64,000 bases of DNA from an uncultured Marinoscillum sp. (GTDB lineage: Bacteria; Bacteroidota; Bacteroidia; Cytophagales; MED-G16). The stretch spans positions 8,654 to 72,653 of the forward strand of contig CACOMW010000004.1 of assembly GCA_902628365.1 (NCBI GenBank), read 5' to 3'. This document shows, piece by piece, positions 1 to 10,247 of this stretch (positions are counted from its first letter, which is position 1; each line of letters begins with the position of its first letter). Position numbers and translations under genes: made by a program. Below the pieces are notes generated by a model. That model had not been told where the DNA came from, ran no database searches, and saw only the letters and a program-made list of their open reading frames with translations.

Positions 1-513
1 GATTATTTACCAGTAGGTTTTGTTGGGTTATTAATTGCTGTTATATTTTCTGCTGCTATGAGTTCAACATCTGCTGAAATTACAGCTTTATCTTCTATAT
101 CAACAATTGATTTTTATAAAAGATTAATTAATAGTGACGCAAAAGAGGTAGATTATATAAAATATTCAAAACTATTTACATTATTATGGGGCTTTCTAAG
201 TATAACTTTTGCTCTATTATTAATAACTAGCGAGAACTTAATTGAGTCTATAAATATTGTTGCTTCTTTATTTTATGGGAATATACTAGGTATTTTTCTA
301 GTTGCTTTTTTTACAAAAAAAGTTAAATCAAATAATGTATTATATTCTGCAATCTTATCACAACTATTAGTTTTAATACTATTTATTTTATCTAAAAATT
401 CTATAATAGAAATAGGTTATCTTTGGTTTAATTTAATAGGAGGATGTTCGACTATTACATTATCAATCATTTTTTATAAATTAAATGAGTATTTTAATTA
501 TAGCTCCGAATAG
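1..513 (+). CDS. sodium:solute symporter (SSS) family transporter, C-terminal fragment (5' end upstream of window)
   Basis: Frame 1 is open from base 1 (DYLPVGFVGLLIAVIFSAAMSSTSAEITALSS...), so track ORF 58..513 is only the part after an internal Met. Hydrophobic multi-TM C-terminus typical of SSS permeases. Confidence 0.6.
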   Translation, partial: DYLPVGFVGLLIAVIFSAAMSSTSAEITALSSISTIDFYKRLINSDAKEVDYIKYSKLFTLLWGFLSITFALLLITSENLIESINIVASLFYGNILGIFLVAFFTKKVKSNNVLYSAILSQLLVLILFILSKNSIIEIGYLWFNLIGGCSTITLSIIFYKLNEYFNYSSE

Positions 514-1408
514 AGACGAAAATATCTGGAAAAAATCATTTAATGATTATGATCCAGATATAAATGTTTTTAATTCTAAAGACACTTTTGAAGATGACTC
601 TATTGATTGTGCTGTTGTATGGAATCATCCTCAAGGAATTTTAAAAAAATATAAAAATTTAAAACTTATATATTCAATGGGTGCTGGTGTTGATCATATT
701 TTTAATGATCGTGAGCTTCCAGAAAATATACCTATATGTAAAATTGTTGATGATAGATTGTCTTTTTCTATGTCAAATTATATTATAATGGCAATTCTTA
801 ATTATCATAGAAGATTTTATAAATACCAAAATGATAAAATAAATAAGGTTTGGGATCAAGAATCAAATCCTGAAATAAATCTAGATATTGGTATTTTAGG
901 TTTTGGAATATTAGGTGAAGACGCTGCAAAAAAACTAAAAAAACTTAATTTTAATGTCATTGGATATAGTTTGAATAAAAAAGAGGAAAAAAAAATTAAA
1001 CTCTATCATGGTGATGAAATAGATCTTTTTTTGTCAAAAATTAATGTTTTAGTTTGTACTGTCCCATATACAAGTGATACTCATTCACTTCTAAATAAAG
1101 AATTATTTAATAAATTAAAAAAACCAACCTATTTAATTAATGTTTCGCGTGGTAAAGTTCATGTTGAGAAGGATATTTTAGATGCAATAGAATCTGCTAA
1201 ATTAACAGGGGCATTTTTAGATGTTTTTGAAAAAGAACCCTTACCAAAAGACAGTTTCATATGGAATCATGATAAAATTCAGTTCACTCCTCACATTGCT
1301 AGTATAACAAATGTTAAAGCAGTTATTCCTCAAGTAGTTAAAAATTATAAAAATCTTTTATCGGGTAAAGAATTAATTAATTTAGTTGACAGAGATAAAA
1401 AGTACTAA
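485..1408 (+). CDS. D-isomer-specific 2-hydroxyacid dehydrogenase (glyoxylate/hydroxypyruvate reductase A-like)
   Basis: NAD-binding GILGFGILGEDAAKKL (GxGxxG), VSRG, and catalytic-His region FTPHIASIT. Overlaps the upstream gene by 29 nt. Confidence 0.75.
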   Translation: MSILIIAPNRDENIWKKSFNDYDPDINVFNSKDTFEDDSIDCAVVWNHPQGILKKYKNLKLIYSMGAGVDHIFNDRELPENIPICKIVDDRLSFSMSNYIIMAILNYHRRFYKYQNDKINKVWDQESNPEINLDIGILGFGILGEDAAKKLKKLNFNVIGYSLNKKEEKKIKLYHGDEIDLFLSKINVLVCTVPYTSDTHSLLNKELFNKLKKPTYLINVSRGKVHVEKDILDAIESAKLTGAFLDVFEKEPLPKDSFIWNHDKIQFTPHIASITNVKAVIPQVVKNYKNLLSGKELINLVDRDKKY

Positions 1409-1420
1409 TAATAATACTTT

Positions 1421-2686
1421 ATGAAATTTAAAATTTTATTTTTTTTATTCTTATTAAATTCTTATCCATTTTTTGGTCAGCTTCCTATTAAGAACCTTGT
1501 TGAAATAAACTTAAATTCTAATATAAACACAGAATATTTTGAATATAATGGATACATAAATGATAATAAAAACTTTATTTTCTTCAATAGATCAAATGAT
1601 CCAAATAATTTAGGTGGTATAAAAGATGATGGTGATGTCTGGTATTCAAAAAAGGTTTTTGATAATCTATGGACCTCTCCTGAAAATGTTTTAGAAGTTA
1701 ATAATGAAGAAAATAATTTATTATTAGGTGTTGATAGTCAACATATTTATGTTTTCACTAATGGTGAAGTTAATACTTATAAAATTACTGATACAAGCAC
1801 AAAGCTTATAAACACCTCATTTATAAAATATTATAAATCTAATTCTAATATACTATCCGGTTCTATCTCAGTAGATAAAAAATTAATAATTATATCAACT
1901 GACTCATATGGGTCATATGGTGTTGAAGATTTATATGTTTCTAACAAAATAAATGATTCAACTTGGTCATCGTTAATTAATTTAGGATCATCAATTAATA
2001 CTTCATTTCAAGAAACATATCCTTATTTATCTTCTGATAATTCAAGAATTTTTTTTTCGTCAAATGGATATGACGGTTATGGTAGTTTCGATATTTTTTA
2101 TTCAGATAGGCAAAATGATTCATGGAAATTATGGAGTCAACCAATTAATTTAGGGGATAAAATAAATTCAGAAGGTTCAGAAAATTCCTTCATTTATGAT
2201 CCAAATACCAATATAATATCTTTTAGTTCCTCTGAAAATAGCATTGGGAATTCTGATTTGAAGTTTTATTATTTAAATCTTAATGAAAATGAACTAAATA
2301 CATCTGATATAAATAATTTTTCAACCATTGAAGATGGTCAAAAGATTATATTAAATAAAGTATTTTTTTATCAATCATCAGCCGAGTTATTAAGCGAATC
2401 TTTTGATCAGTTAGATTTGATTTTTAATTTTTTATATGAAAATGAAAATCTCATAATATTTTTAGAAGGTCATACAGATAACATAGGTAATGCTAAAAAA
2501 AATCTTGAGCTTTCTTCCAAAAGAGTTGAAACAGTTAAAAATTATTTAATTAAAAAAGGAATAAATAAAAAAAGAATTGATGGTAAAGGATTTGGTGGAG
2601 AAAGACCACTTGTATCAAATAAAAGCTCATCATCAAACAAATTGAATAGAAGGGTGGAGATAATATTTAATAAGAAGTTATATTAG
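1421..2686 (+). CDS. OmpA-family outer membrane protein with TolB/PD40-like repeats
   Basis: Signal peptide. PD40-like repeats (ETYPYLSSDNSRIFFSSNGYDGYGSFDIFYS). C-terminal OmpA-like peptidoglycan-binding domain (LEGHTDNIGNAKKNLELSSKRVETVKNYL...NRRVEI). Confidence 0.8.
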   Translation: MKFKILFFLFLLNSYPFFGQLPIKNLVEINLNSNINTEYFEYNGYINDNKNFIFFNRSNDPNNLGGIKDDGDVWYSKKVFDNLWTSPENVLEVNNEENNLLLGVDSQHIYVFTNGEVNTYKITDTSTKLINTSFIKYYKSNSNILSGSISVDKKLIIISTDSYGSYGVEDLYVSNKINDSTWSSLINLGSSINTSFQETYPYLSSDNSRIFFSSNGYDGYGSFDIFYSDRQNDSWKLWSQPINLGDKINSEGSENSFIYDPNTNIISFSSSENSIGNSDLKFYYLNLNENELNTSDINNFSTIEDGQKIILNKVFFYQSSAELLSESFDQLDLIFNFLYENENLIIFLEGHTDNIGNAKKNLELSSKRVETVKNYLIKKGINKKRIDGKGFGGERPLVSNKSSSSNKLNRRVEIIFNKKLY

Positions 2687-2690
2687 ATTT

Positions 2691-3413
2691 TTAAAAAAAT
2701 CTTGATAAAATTCTTTCTGGAAGTATTTTAATAAGTACAGAAATTATTTTCCACCTTTTTGTAATGTATAAAACATTTTTTTTTGATTCGATTCCCTTCA
2801 TGATTTGACTGCATGCCTTTTCAACTGTTGCAACCCAAAAAAGATTATCTTTATTACCTTGAAGAATTTCTGTATCAACAAATCCTGGTCTCACATCTGT
2901 TAAATGAATAGGAATTTTTTTTCTAATTGCCTTAAATCTTAATCCTTGAAGATAATTTGCTTGATATGCTTTTGAAGCATTATAAGATGGTGCAATTCCA
3001 TTTCCAATTTCAGAGGCAATAGAACTTATATTTACTATATGACCATGTTTTTGCTTTAAAAAATAATTAAACCCCCAATCAACTACTTGAGTAAAACCTG
3101 ATACGTTTAAATTATTAACTTTTTTTTCTATCTGGTAATCTAATTTCTTATTTAATATTCCAATACCTGAGGAATAAATTAATAAGTCCAAACCACCTAA
3201 ATTCTTAACAAGTTCATATAGGAGTGAATCATTTTTTTCAGTAGAAGAATCGAATACTTTGACAATAACATTGTCTGGATTTAAAGATTTTATTTTATCT
3301 AGTCTTTCTTTTCTTCTAGCAGAAATCGCTATTTTATAATTTTTGTTGAGGAGTTCTAAAGCTATACCTTTTCCTATACCTGAAGAAGCACCAATTACTA
3401 TAGCTTTTTTCAT
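2691..3413 (-). CDS. short-chain dehydrogenase/reductase (SDR) family oxidoreductase
   Basis: N-terminal VIGASSGIGKGIA (TGxxxGxG) and catalytic YNASKAY (YxxxK). Confidence 0.8.
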   Translation of the reverse strand: MKKAIVIGASSGIGKGIALELLNKNYKIAISARRKERLDKIKSLNPDNVIVKVFDSSTEKNDSLLYELVKNLGGLDLLIYSSGIGILNKKLDYQIEKKVNNLNVSGFTQVVDWGFNYFLKQKHGHIVNISSIASEIGNGIAPSYNASKAYQANYLQGLRFKAIRKKIPIHLTDVRPGFVDTEILQGNKDNLFWVATVEKACSQIMKGIESKKNVLYITKRWKIISVLIKILPERILSRFF

Positions 3414-3753
3414 AAATTTAATGTAGCGATATATTTCGAAAATACAAAAAAATATTAAAAAAGGGTCAAATTATATACTAAAATATAGTCGAAATTTAAA
3501 TAAGATGGGGTAGACAATGACGAATATGTTCATTTTTAAGTAAAACTACCCTAAAACTTATTTGTAACACTAACTATAGTACACTACAACTATAGCAACT
3601 TTCTATACGCAAAAAAAATAGTTGGGTTGTAGAATAAATTAAAAAATAAAGCTTTTTTTGAAAAAGAAAGGAAACTTAAAAAAATTTTCACATTTATCTA
3701 AACCTTTAATAAAGTTCAACGTTTGTTATGATTTTAAATTAAAATATATAAAA

Positions 3754-4254
3754 ATGAAAAATTTAATATTAACTATTACAGCTTTATTTTTTACTATATC
3801 TGTTTCAGCTCAAACTGTGGTTGATGCAGCAGTATCAAATAAAGACTTTTCAACTTTAGTAACAGCTTTAAAAGCTGCTGACTTAGTTGGTGCACTTAGT
3901 GGTGAAGGACCATTTACGGTATTTGCACCAAATAATGATGCTTTTGCAAAAATTGACTCAGAAACGTTGTCAAACTTACTAAAGCCAGAAAATGTAAAAG
4001 CATTATCAAATATATTAACATATCACGTAGTATCAGGGAAACTAATGGCAAGTGATGTTGCTGATGCATTAAAAAAAGGGTATGGTAAGGCTAAGCTAAC
4101 AGCACTAAATGGTCAAACTATTACCGCTAGAAGTAAAGATGGAAAAATTTCTTTAGAAGATTCTCAAGGAAATATGAGTGAAATTATTGCAACAGATGTT
4201 GCAGGTTCAAATGGAGTTATTCATGTAATAAACTCTGTTGTAATGCCTAAGTAA
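3754..4254 (+). CDS. secreted fasciclin (FAS1) domain protein
   Basis: FAS1 motifs FTVFAPNNDAF and GVIHVINSVVMP. The ATG at 3754 gives a clean signal peptide MKNLILTITALFFTISVSAQ. The track start at 3658 is a TTG extension with no signal peptide. Confidence 0.8.
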   Translation: MKNLILTITALFFTISVSAQTVVDAAVSNKDFSTLVTALKAADLVGALSGEGPFTVFAPNNDAFAKIDSETLSNLLKPENVKALSNILTYHVVSGKLMASDVADALKKGYGKAKLTALNGQTITARSKDGKISLEDSQGNMSEIIATDVAGSNGVIHVINSVVMPK

Positions 4255-4275
4255 TTTTACTTAATCTATATAATT

Positions 4276-4309
4276 AAAACCCTCTTTATAAAGAGGGTTT
4301 TTTTATTTT
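4276..4309 (+). terminator. rho-independent terminator hairpin, potentially bidirectional, between convergent genes
   Basis: Perfect 11-bp stem AAAACCCTCTT / AAGAGGGTTTT (4276-4286 / 4291-4301) with loop TATA, followed by a T-run. The A-run on the left gives a U-tail on the other strand. Confidence 0.75.
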
Positions 4310-4359
4310 CAATTCCTTATTATTGATATAATTATATTTAATATATAATATAATTAAAC

Positions 4360-4926
4360 TTATTCATTGATTACTTTTGATAGGTCATTTACTATATAAT
4401 TAGAAGTAAATCTAGCTGACGCTAAAGGTTTAATTCCTTTTTTTGTTTTTTGATTTGTTATATTTTTAGTTATAGATCCTGGCGATATTGAATAAATAGA
4501 ATTATAATATGCCGAAAGTTCTATACTAAGGACATTATCCAATAATTTAACAGACTTAATAGCTTCCTCAGTTCTTGATGAAGTTAAATTTTTTACAGCA
4601 AATCGAGTTTCTCTTCCTTCTAGGGGAGGATTATTTGATTTGCCAATAGAATTTAATAAGCCACTTTTAGCATTGTCAACTGAATAATCTAAATACCCAA
4701 TATTAATTTTTTTCCCCGATTTGGTTTCTTGTTTTTCAAGATAATATAAATTTTTTCCAGTAAGATTTTGAACTTTAAAACTTATATCGTAGAAACTAGA
4801 CTTTTTGTTTTCTTTAATTAAATTAAAAGAATAAGAAACTCTTATTTTATCATTTTTAAGAATTTCAATTTCTTCTTGAGCGTATGATAAAAAAGGAATA
4901 AATAATAATAAAAGTAAATTTTTCAT
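4360..4926 (-). CDS. hypothetical secreted protein
   Basis: ORF with signal peptide MKNLLLLLFIPFLSYAQ. No recognisable motif. Lies 53 nt downstream of the HExxH lipoprotein gene on the same strand. Confidence 0.5.
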   Translation of the reverse strand: MKNLLLLLFIPFLSYAQEEIEILKNDKIRVSYSFNLIKENKKSSFYDISFKVQNLTGKNLYYLEKQETKSGKKINIGYLDYSVDNAKSGLLNSIGKSNNPPLEGRETRFAVKNLTSSRTEEAIKSVKLLDNVLSIELSAYYNSIYSISPGSITKNITNQKTKKGIKPLASARFTSNYIVNDLSKVINE

Positions 4927-4979
4927 TTATCTAATCTACATTTATTTAATTAAAATTCAAAAAAGAATAATCTGAGAAG

Positions 4980-6191
4980 TTAATAACCTATAGTTATTGA
5001 ACCTTTCCCTTTCGTAGCTTCATAGAAATTATACATAAACTTATGAAAATCATTCCCTACAAGATTCTCATCAGAACCTTTATATGCAAACCATTCTGCA
5101 TCCTTGTCGAAAACTTCCCATTCATCTTCAGTTAGTGGTTTATTTGTAATAATTATTTCAAGCATTTTAAAATGTTTTTGTGATGTCTTGAAATCAGGAA
5201 TTCTTTTTCCTAATGAATCAAGTAAAGATTCTGATGTAAAAGTAGTTCTAGAAGAGGATACAAATTCAAATTTTAATCCTTTTGATTTAAGAGAAGTAAT
5301 TTTTTTAAATACATCAAAGTCTTTTACTGAATCTATTGGTATCATTCCAGCTAAATATAATTCTAATTCATTATAAGGTGAGCTAGATCTAAAATAGTTA
5401 GAAGAGTTATAATTATATCCGTTATCATGCATGCCAAATTTATCTACCGAATAGTTGTTATTACCTAATTCTTCAAGAGTACTTTGTTTAAATCCACCAA
5501 GGTGACCACATATGTTTCCTCCAGTAAAGCCCCAATGTGCCATGCCTTTGTATTCCCCAGTAGTTTCAGGATAGCTATAGCTAAAAATATGTTTTCCAAC
5601 TGGGAAAGAAGTAAGATTTGATCCTGTTTCATTTAAACCTTCAGTTTCTATACAATTATTAGCCCATTTATGCATTAATTCATGTAATATTGGACCATCT
5701 TTAAAACTAGCATTAGAATTTTGTTGTATAATATTTTTTAACATATGAATTTTATTGCTACCATAATCTGAACCATAATCAAATCTTTCAGTCCATCCGG
5801 GAGGTCTTTTGCTTCCAATACCTTTAATTTTATTTGAGATAGTAAAATTTAGAGCTAAATTTTTATTACCATTTTTACTAATAAAAGAATCAAATACATA
5901 ATCTTCATTTATAATAAGAAGAATAAAATCATATTCGTCTGGGAAAACTTTATATATATCTTTAATTAATTCTTTTCGTTTTTCTTTATCGTTTTGAAAT
6001 GCAAAATTTTTCACCCAATCATTATATTGAACATCATCCATTATTAAAGATGCAACTCTATTGTTTTTATGTTTTTCATATTTATAGATTAATTCTTCAT
6101 CTTCCTCTTTTGAAAGATCATCAATAGAATTACATGAAAGAAATAAGAGAATGCTCCAAAATAAAATTATTGATTTATAAAAAATTTTCAT
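4980..6191 (-). CDS. putative zinc metallopeptidase-like lipoprotein (HExxH motif), family unknown
   Basis: Lipobox LLFLSC. HELMH encoded at 5670..5684 (reverse complement cat gaa tta atg cat). Start is 1 nt from the ggt stop. Confidence 0.4.
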   Translation of the reverse strand: MKIFYKSIILFWSILLFLSCNSIDDLSKEEDEELIYKYEKHKNNRVASLIMDDVQYNDWVKNFAFQNDKEKRKELIKDIYKVFPDEYDFILLIINEDYVFDSFISKNGNKNLALNFTISNKIKGIGSKRPPGWTERFDYGSDYGSNKIHMLKNIIQQNSNASFKDGPILHELMHKWANNCIETEGLNETGSNLTSFPVGKHIFSYSYPETTGEYKGMAHWGFTGGNICGHLGGFKQSTLEELGNNNYSVDKFGMHDNGYNYNSSNYFRSSSPYNELELYLAGMIPIDSVKDFDVFKKITSLKSKGLKFEFVSSSRTTFTSESLLDSLGKRIPDFKTSQKHFKMLEIIITNKPLTEDEWEVFDKDAEWFAYKGSDENLVGNDFHKFMYNFYEATKGKGSITIGY

Positions 6192-6192
6192 A

Positions 6193-7878
6193 TTAATAAC
6201 CTAGAGCAACATTATCACCTCTTTTATCAGCACCACCTTCTAATGTTTTGTTATCTTTAATTAAAATACAATCCATTCTACCTATAGAGTTTCTTTCAAT
6301 AAATGTATGACCTTTATCTTTTAAAAGACTTATATTTTCTTCAGATAATGTATTTTTTTCTATAATAATTGCATCAGGTAGCCATTGATGATGAAATTTT
6401 TTTGAATCAACAGCTTCTTGCATCCCCATATTAAAATCTATAACATTTAATATTGTTTGAAATACTGATGTAATTATTGTTGAACCACCTGGGGTGCCTA
6501 ACACCATAAATAAGTTATTATCTTTTTCAATAATTGTTGGACTCATTGAAGATAACATTCTTTTATTAGGTTCAATAGAGTTGGCTTCTCCACCTACTAA
6601 TCCAAACATATTAGGATGTCCAGGTTTAACGCTAAAATCATCCATTTCATTATTTAAAAGAAAGCCTGCTCCATCAACAACTACTTTGGATCCATATGCT
6701 CCATTAATTGTAGTTGTAACTGAAATGGCATTGCCAAATTTATCTACTATAGAAAAATGAGTGGTTTCTTCGGATTCAATTAAATCTATATCTCCCTCTT
6801 TTATTTGATTTGACGGAGTTTTTAGGTGATTTATTGTTCCAAACCTTTCTGATAAATAATCAGAACTAATAAGCTTCTTTTGAGGAACATTATAAAAATC
6901 AGAATCTCCTAAATAGGTAGCTCTATCTGCATAAACACGACTTTCTATTTCAGATAATAAATGTACATAATCAGAAGAATTGTGATTATAATTACTAACC
7001 TCTAGCATTTCAGCTCCTTTTAGAAGTTGATTTAATGCAATTCCACCACTAGATGGTGGGCCCATCGATATAATTTTATGATTTTTATAATACCCTATAA
7101 CAGGTTCTCTCCAAATTGATGAATAATTTTCTAAATCATCCTTTGTAATAATTCCACCTCCATCAATCATCTCTTTTAAAATCAATTCTGCAGTAATCCC
7201 TGAATAGAATCCATTTCTTTTATCTGTTTTGATTCTACTCAATGTGTTTCCCAAATCATCCTGAATTAAAATGTCATTTTCTTTCCATTTCGATTCATTT
7301 ATAAAAGATATTGGTTTGTCATTCACCTTTTGAAAAGAAGACTTAACTTTATTTAAACTTGCAGATTGCTTTTTAGTTATATTAAATCCATTTTTAGCCA
7401 GTTTAATAGCGGGATCTAATAGGGTAGGCCAACCCAAAGATCCAAATCGCTCGTGAAGAGTAACCATTCCATCTACTGAACCTGGTACCCCAGATGCTAA
7501 ATGACCTAATTTGCTTTTATTGTCATCAACAATTAACTTCCCGTTTTCTTCTTTTAAATACATATTTCTAAATGAAAGCTTAGGAGCTTTTTCTCTAAAA
7601 TCAAGTGTTCCAACTTCACCATTATTTAACCTGTATACTGCAAACCCACCTCCTCCTAAATTTCCAGCGCTTGGATAAACAACAGATAATGCAAAGTGAA
7701 CTGCTATAGCAGCATCAAATACATTTCCCCCTTTTTTAAGTACATCTATCCCTACTTCAGAAGCTAGAGGATGGGCTGAAGAAACCATGCCAGATTTAGA
7801 TATCGTACTAACTACTTTATTATTTTTTGTTTCACAAGAAAAACATAAAAAAAAGAATAAAAATATAATGAATCTCAT
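6193..7878 (-). CDS. ggt: gamma-glutamyltransferase (Ntn hydrolase, T03 family)
   Basis: Autoprocessing/nucleophile region ESEETTHFSIVDKFGNA, plus GPPSSGG and GTPGGSTI motifs. N-terminal signal/lipobox FLCFSC. Confidence 0.85.
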   Translation of the reverse strand: MRFIIFLFFFLCFSCETKNNKVVSTISKSGMVSSAHPLASEVGIDVLKKGGNVFDAAIAVHFALSVVYPSAGNLGGGGFAVYRLNNGEVGTLDFREKAPKLSFRNMYLKEENGKLIVDDNKSKLGHLASGVPGSVDGMVTLHERFGSLGWPTLLDPAIKLAKNGFNITKKQSASLNKVKSSFQKVNDKPISFINESKWKENDILIQDDLGNTLSRIKTDKRNGFYSGITAELILKEMIDGGGIITKDDLENYSSIWREPVIGYYKNHKIISMGPPSSGGIALNQLLKGAEMLEVSNYNHNSSDYVHLLSEIESRVYADRATYLGDSDFYNVPQKKLISSDYLSERFGTINHLKTPSNQIKEGDIDLIESEETTHFSIVDKFGNAISVTTTINGAYGSKVVVDGAGFLLNNEMDDFSVKPGHPNMFGLVGGEANSIEPNKRMLSSMSPTIIEKDNNLFMVLGTPGGSTIITSVFQTILNVIDFNMGMQEAVDSKKFHHQWLPDAIIIEKNTLSEENISLLKDKGHTFIERNSIGRMDCILIKDNKTLEGGADKRGDNVALGY

Positions 7879-7880
7879 GT

Positions 7881-10247
7881 TTATGGTTTATAAATTGTTT
7901 TTGAATGAATATGTTTATTAACTTCTTCTTTGCTAAACAAAAGTTTAAAATATTCATCATTAGCCCAGCTTTCATATAAATTATCATAAAAAACACTTTC
8001 AGGATTTCCAGATTGACCGGGTGAATTTGAAGCTATACTATTATCCCAATCTTTTGTGTCTATTATTATTCTAAAAGTAGCACCAGATGATTGATTAAAA
8101 TAATACCCGGTTGATCCTGGTGTAAACATATTTCCAGATCTTGGATAGGTATTAAATTCTAAAATACTTTTTATTGAGTCATTAACTATATCTTCTAAAG
8201 GATGTTTTAATTTAATATGCTTATATTCTTTTTGGCCATAAACCCATTTATTTTCATCTTCACCAAATTTTTCTTTTAATTTTTTAATTGCTGATGATAA
8301 AGTCTCATTTAAAAATTTAGACTTTTCATTATCATTAAATGATTTTAGTTGCTTGATAATCGTATAAAGTTGAACGTAAAGAAAATTTGCAGCTTCAATT
8401 GGAATATATTTAGAATAAAAATAACTCATAATTTCTCTTTCCCATTGTATATATATTCCAGCTTCATATGAGTCTTTATCAAGTATATAATTCCAATTAG
8501 ATAAGATATTTTTAAAATCTTTTAAATCATTGTTTATATTAATGGTATTTAATTCTTTAATTAAAATTTCAGCTGGAATTGAATAATAATCAACCTGTAA
8601 ATCTTTCATTTCATCCATAGTAAATGTTTTATTTTGATTTAATACATTATTAATTCTGTTTCCTCTATATGGATCTGACCATGTATAGCCAATTGCATTC
8701 CAATATTCATAATCATCTGGTGTAACATTTTCATTCGCTGTAGCTATGAATTGAGATTTAGGATTGTAAATATTTGGTTTTTCAATAATCGGTAAATATT
8801 CATTCCATTCGTAATCTCCATTACCTAATACAGGAACCATTCCACTATGATTATTTCTTAGTGGTATTATACCTACAGCTTGCCAACCAATGTTTCCATA
8901 TTTATCTGCCCAAACCATATTTTCACCAGGAATATTACTGTAATTACATGCATCTCTAAATTCCTCCCAAGTTTTAGCCTGATCCATTCTCAAAGAGGCT
9001 AAATATGGAGATCCTCCAATTTCTAACCACCCACATTTAACTGCATAAGCTCTATTGTCAATGGTATCAATTAATGTTACAGGGCCATGAACTGAATATT
9101 TAAGTTCAATTTCTTTCGTTTCAGCATCTTTAATTTTAATATTTTCAACAATAGTCTCAAATTCTAACCATTTATTATTGTGCCAATACATATTTTTATT
9201 TTCTGGATTCACATCATAGATATATAAATCCTCGGCATCTGTCCTAAAAACTGTCAAGCCCCAAGCTCCATGTTCGTTGTGACCAATAGAGATACCAGGT
9301 ATTTCAGGCTCTCCACCTCCTATAACATTCCAGCTTGGTGAAACTAAATGAGTGAGATATCTTAAGGAAGGGACAGCAATAGATCTATGAGGATCATTAG
9401 CTAAAATAGGGTAGCCGTTAAAAGATTTTTTTCCGGATATAGCCCAATTATTACTTCCTAGGGAATATTTTTCAACATTTATTTTATTATTAATTTGATT
9501 GAAAGAGGTTTTTTTATCATCATTTATTCTATATATTTCTTTAATATGTTTTGAATTAAACTTTAATGGTTTTCTATATGCTTTATATAATTTTAATATA
9601 TCTTTTTTTAGATCGTTTTTTGTAATTGATTTATCTAATTTGATTAATGGTTTTTTTGGATGAAACCAAACTAACTCATTAACCTTATCTTCTCCAATCA
9701 AACTAACAGCTCGACCAATATTTAATTCTTCTTCAATATTTCCTAATAAACCTTGATGTCTTGAAATCACAACCTCTGGAGTCCAAAGTTTAGGTTTTAT
9801 ACCTAACAATTTAAACTCTATAGGTAAATCTTCAGGTTTTAAATTAATTTCATTTATATATGCATTTACACCTTTTACATATGAATTAATTATTTCAAAG
9901 CCATCATCGTGGTAATGATTTAATTCATCAACAATATTTCCTCTAAATTTAAATAATCTTGTACCTATATCTCTTTCTAGCTCTTCCTTGCCAAAAACTT
10001 CTGATACTGTTCCAGTTGCCTGTCTTCTCCATATTTCAAATTGAAATAATCTATCTTTTGCTGCTAAATAACCTTGCATAAAGAAAAGATCTTCTTGATT
10101 ATTTGCATATATATGATTTATACCAAATTTATCTCTTATAACTTCAACCTCATCAATTAAATTTTCTAAATGAATGCTAGGATTACAGTTAAATAATAAA
10201 ATTAAAAAAAAACTATATATTAGATTTTTAATACTATTTGCACTCAT
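7881..10247 (-). CDS. penicillin acylase family protein (S45 Ntn hydrolase; penicillin/cephalosporin/AHL-acylase type)
   Basis: N-terminal VIRDKFGINHIYANN...GYLAAKDRLFQFEIWRR and nucleophile-Ser site LGSNNWAISGKKS. Signal/lipobox LLFNC. ATG at 10247 overlaps the upstream PLP gene by 14 nt. Confidence 0.8.
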   Translation of the reverse strand: MSANSIKNLIYSFFLILLFNCNPSIHLENLIDEVEVIRDKFGINHIYANNQEDLFFMQGYLAAKDRLFQFEIWRRQATGTVSEVFGKEELERDIGTRLFKFRGNIVDELNHYHDDGFEIINSYVKGVNAYINEINLKPEDLPIEFKLLGIKPKLWTPEVVISRHQGLLGNIEEELNIGRAVSLIGEDKVNELVWFHPKKPLIKLDKSITKNDLKKDILKLYKAYRKPLKFNSKHIKEIYRINDDKKTSFNQINNKINVEKYSLGSNNWAISGKKSFNGYPILANDPHRSIAVPSLRYLTHLVSPSWNVIGGGEPEIPGISIGHNEHGAWGLTVFRTDAEDLYIYDVNPENKNMYWHNNKWLEFETIVENIKIKDAETKEIELKYSVHGPVTLIDTIDNRAYAVKCGWLEIGGSPYLASLRMDQAKTWEEFRDACNYSNIPGENMVWADKYGNIGWQAVGIIPLRNNHSGMVPVLGNGDYEWNEYLPIIEKPNIYNPKSQFIATANENVTPDDYEYWNAIGYTWSDPYRGNRINNVLNQNKTFTMDEMKDLQVDYYSIPAEILIKELNTININNDLKDFKNILSNWNYILDKDSYEAGIYIQWEREIMSYFYSKYIPIEAANFLYVQLYTIIKQLKSFNDNEKSKFLNETLSSAIKKLKEKFGEDENKWVYGQKEYKHIKLKHPLEDIVNDSIKSILEFNTYPRSGNMFTPGSTGYYFNQSSGATFRIIIDTKDWDNSIASNSPGQSGNPESVFYDNLYESWANDEYFKLLFSKEEVNKHIHSKTIYKP

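Noticed and set aside
3658-3753. TTG-initiated N-terminal extension of the fasciclin ORF
   Set aside because: The extension (MKKKGNLKKFSHLSKPLIKFNVCYDFKLKYIK) precedes a perfect signal peptide that starts at the ATG at 3754. A buried signal peptide is implausible.
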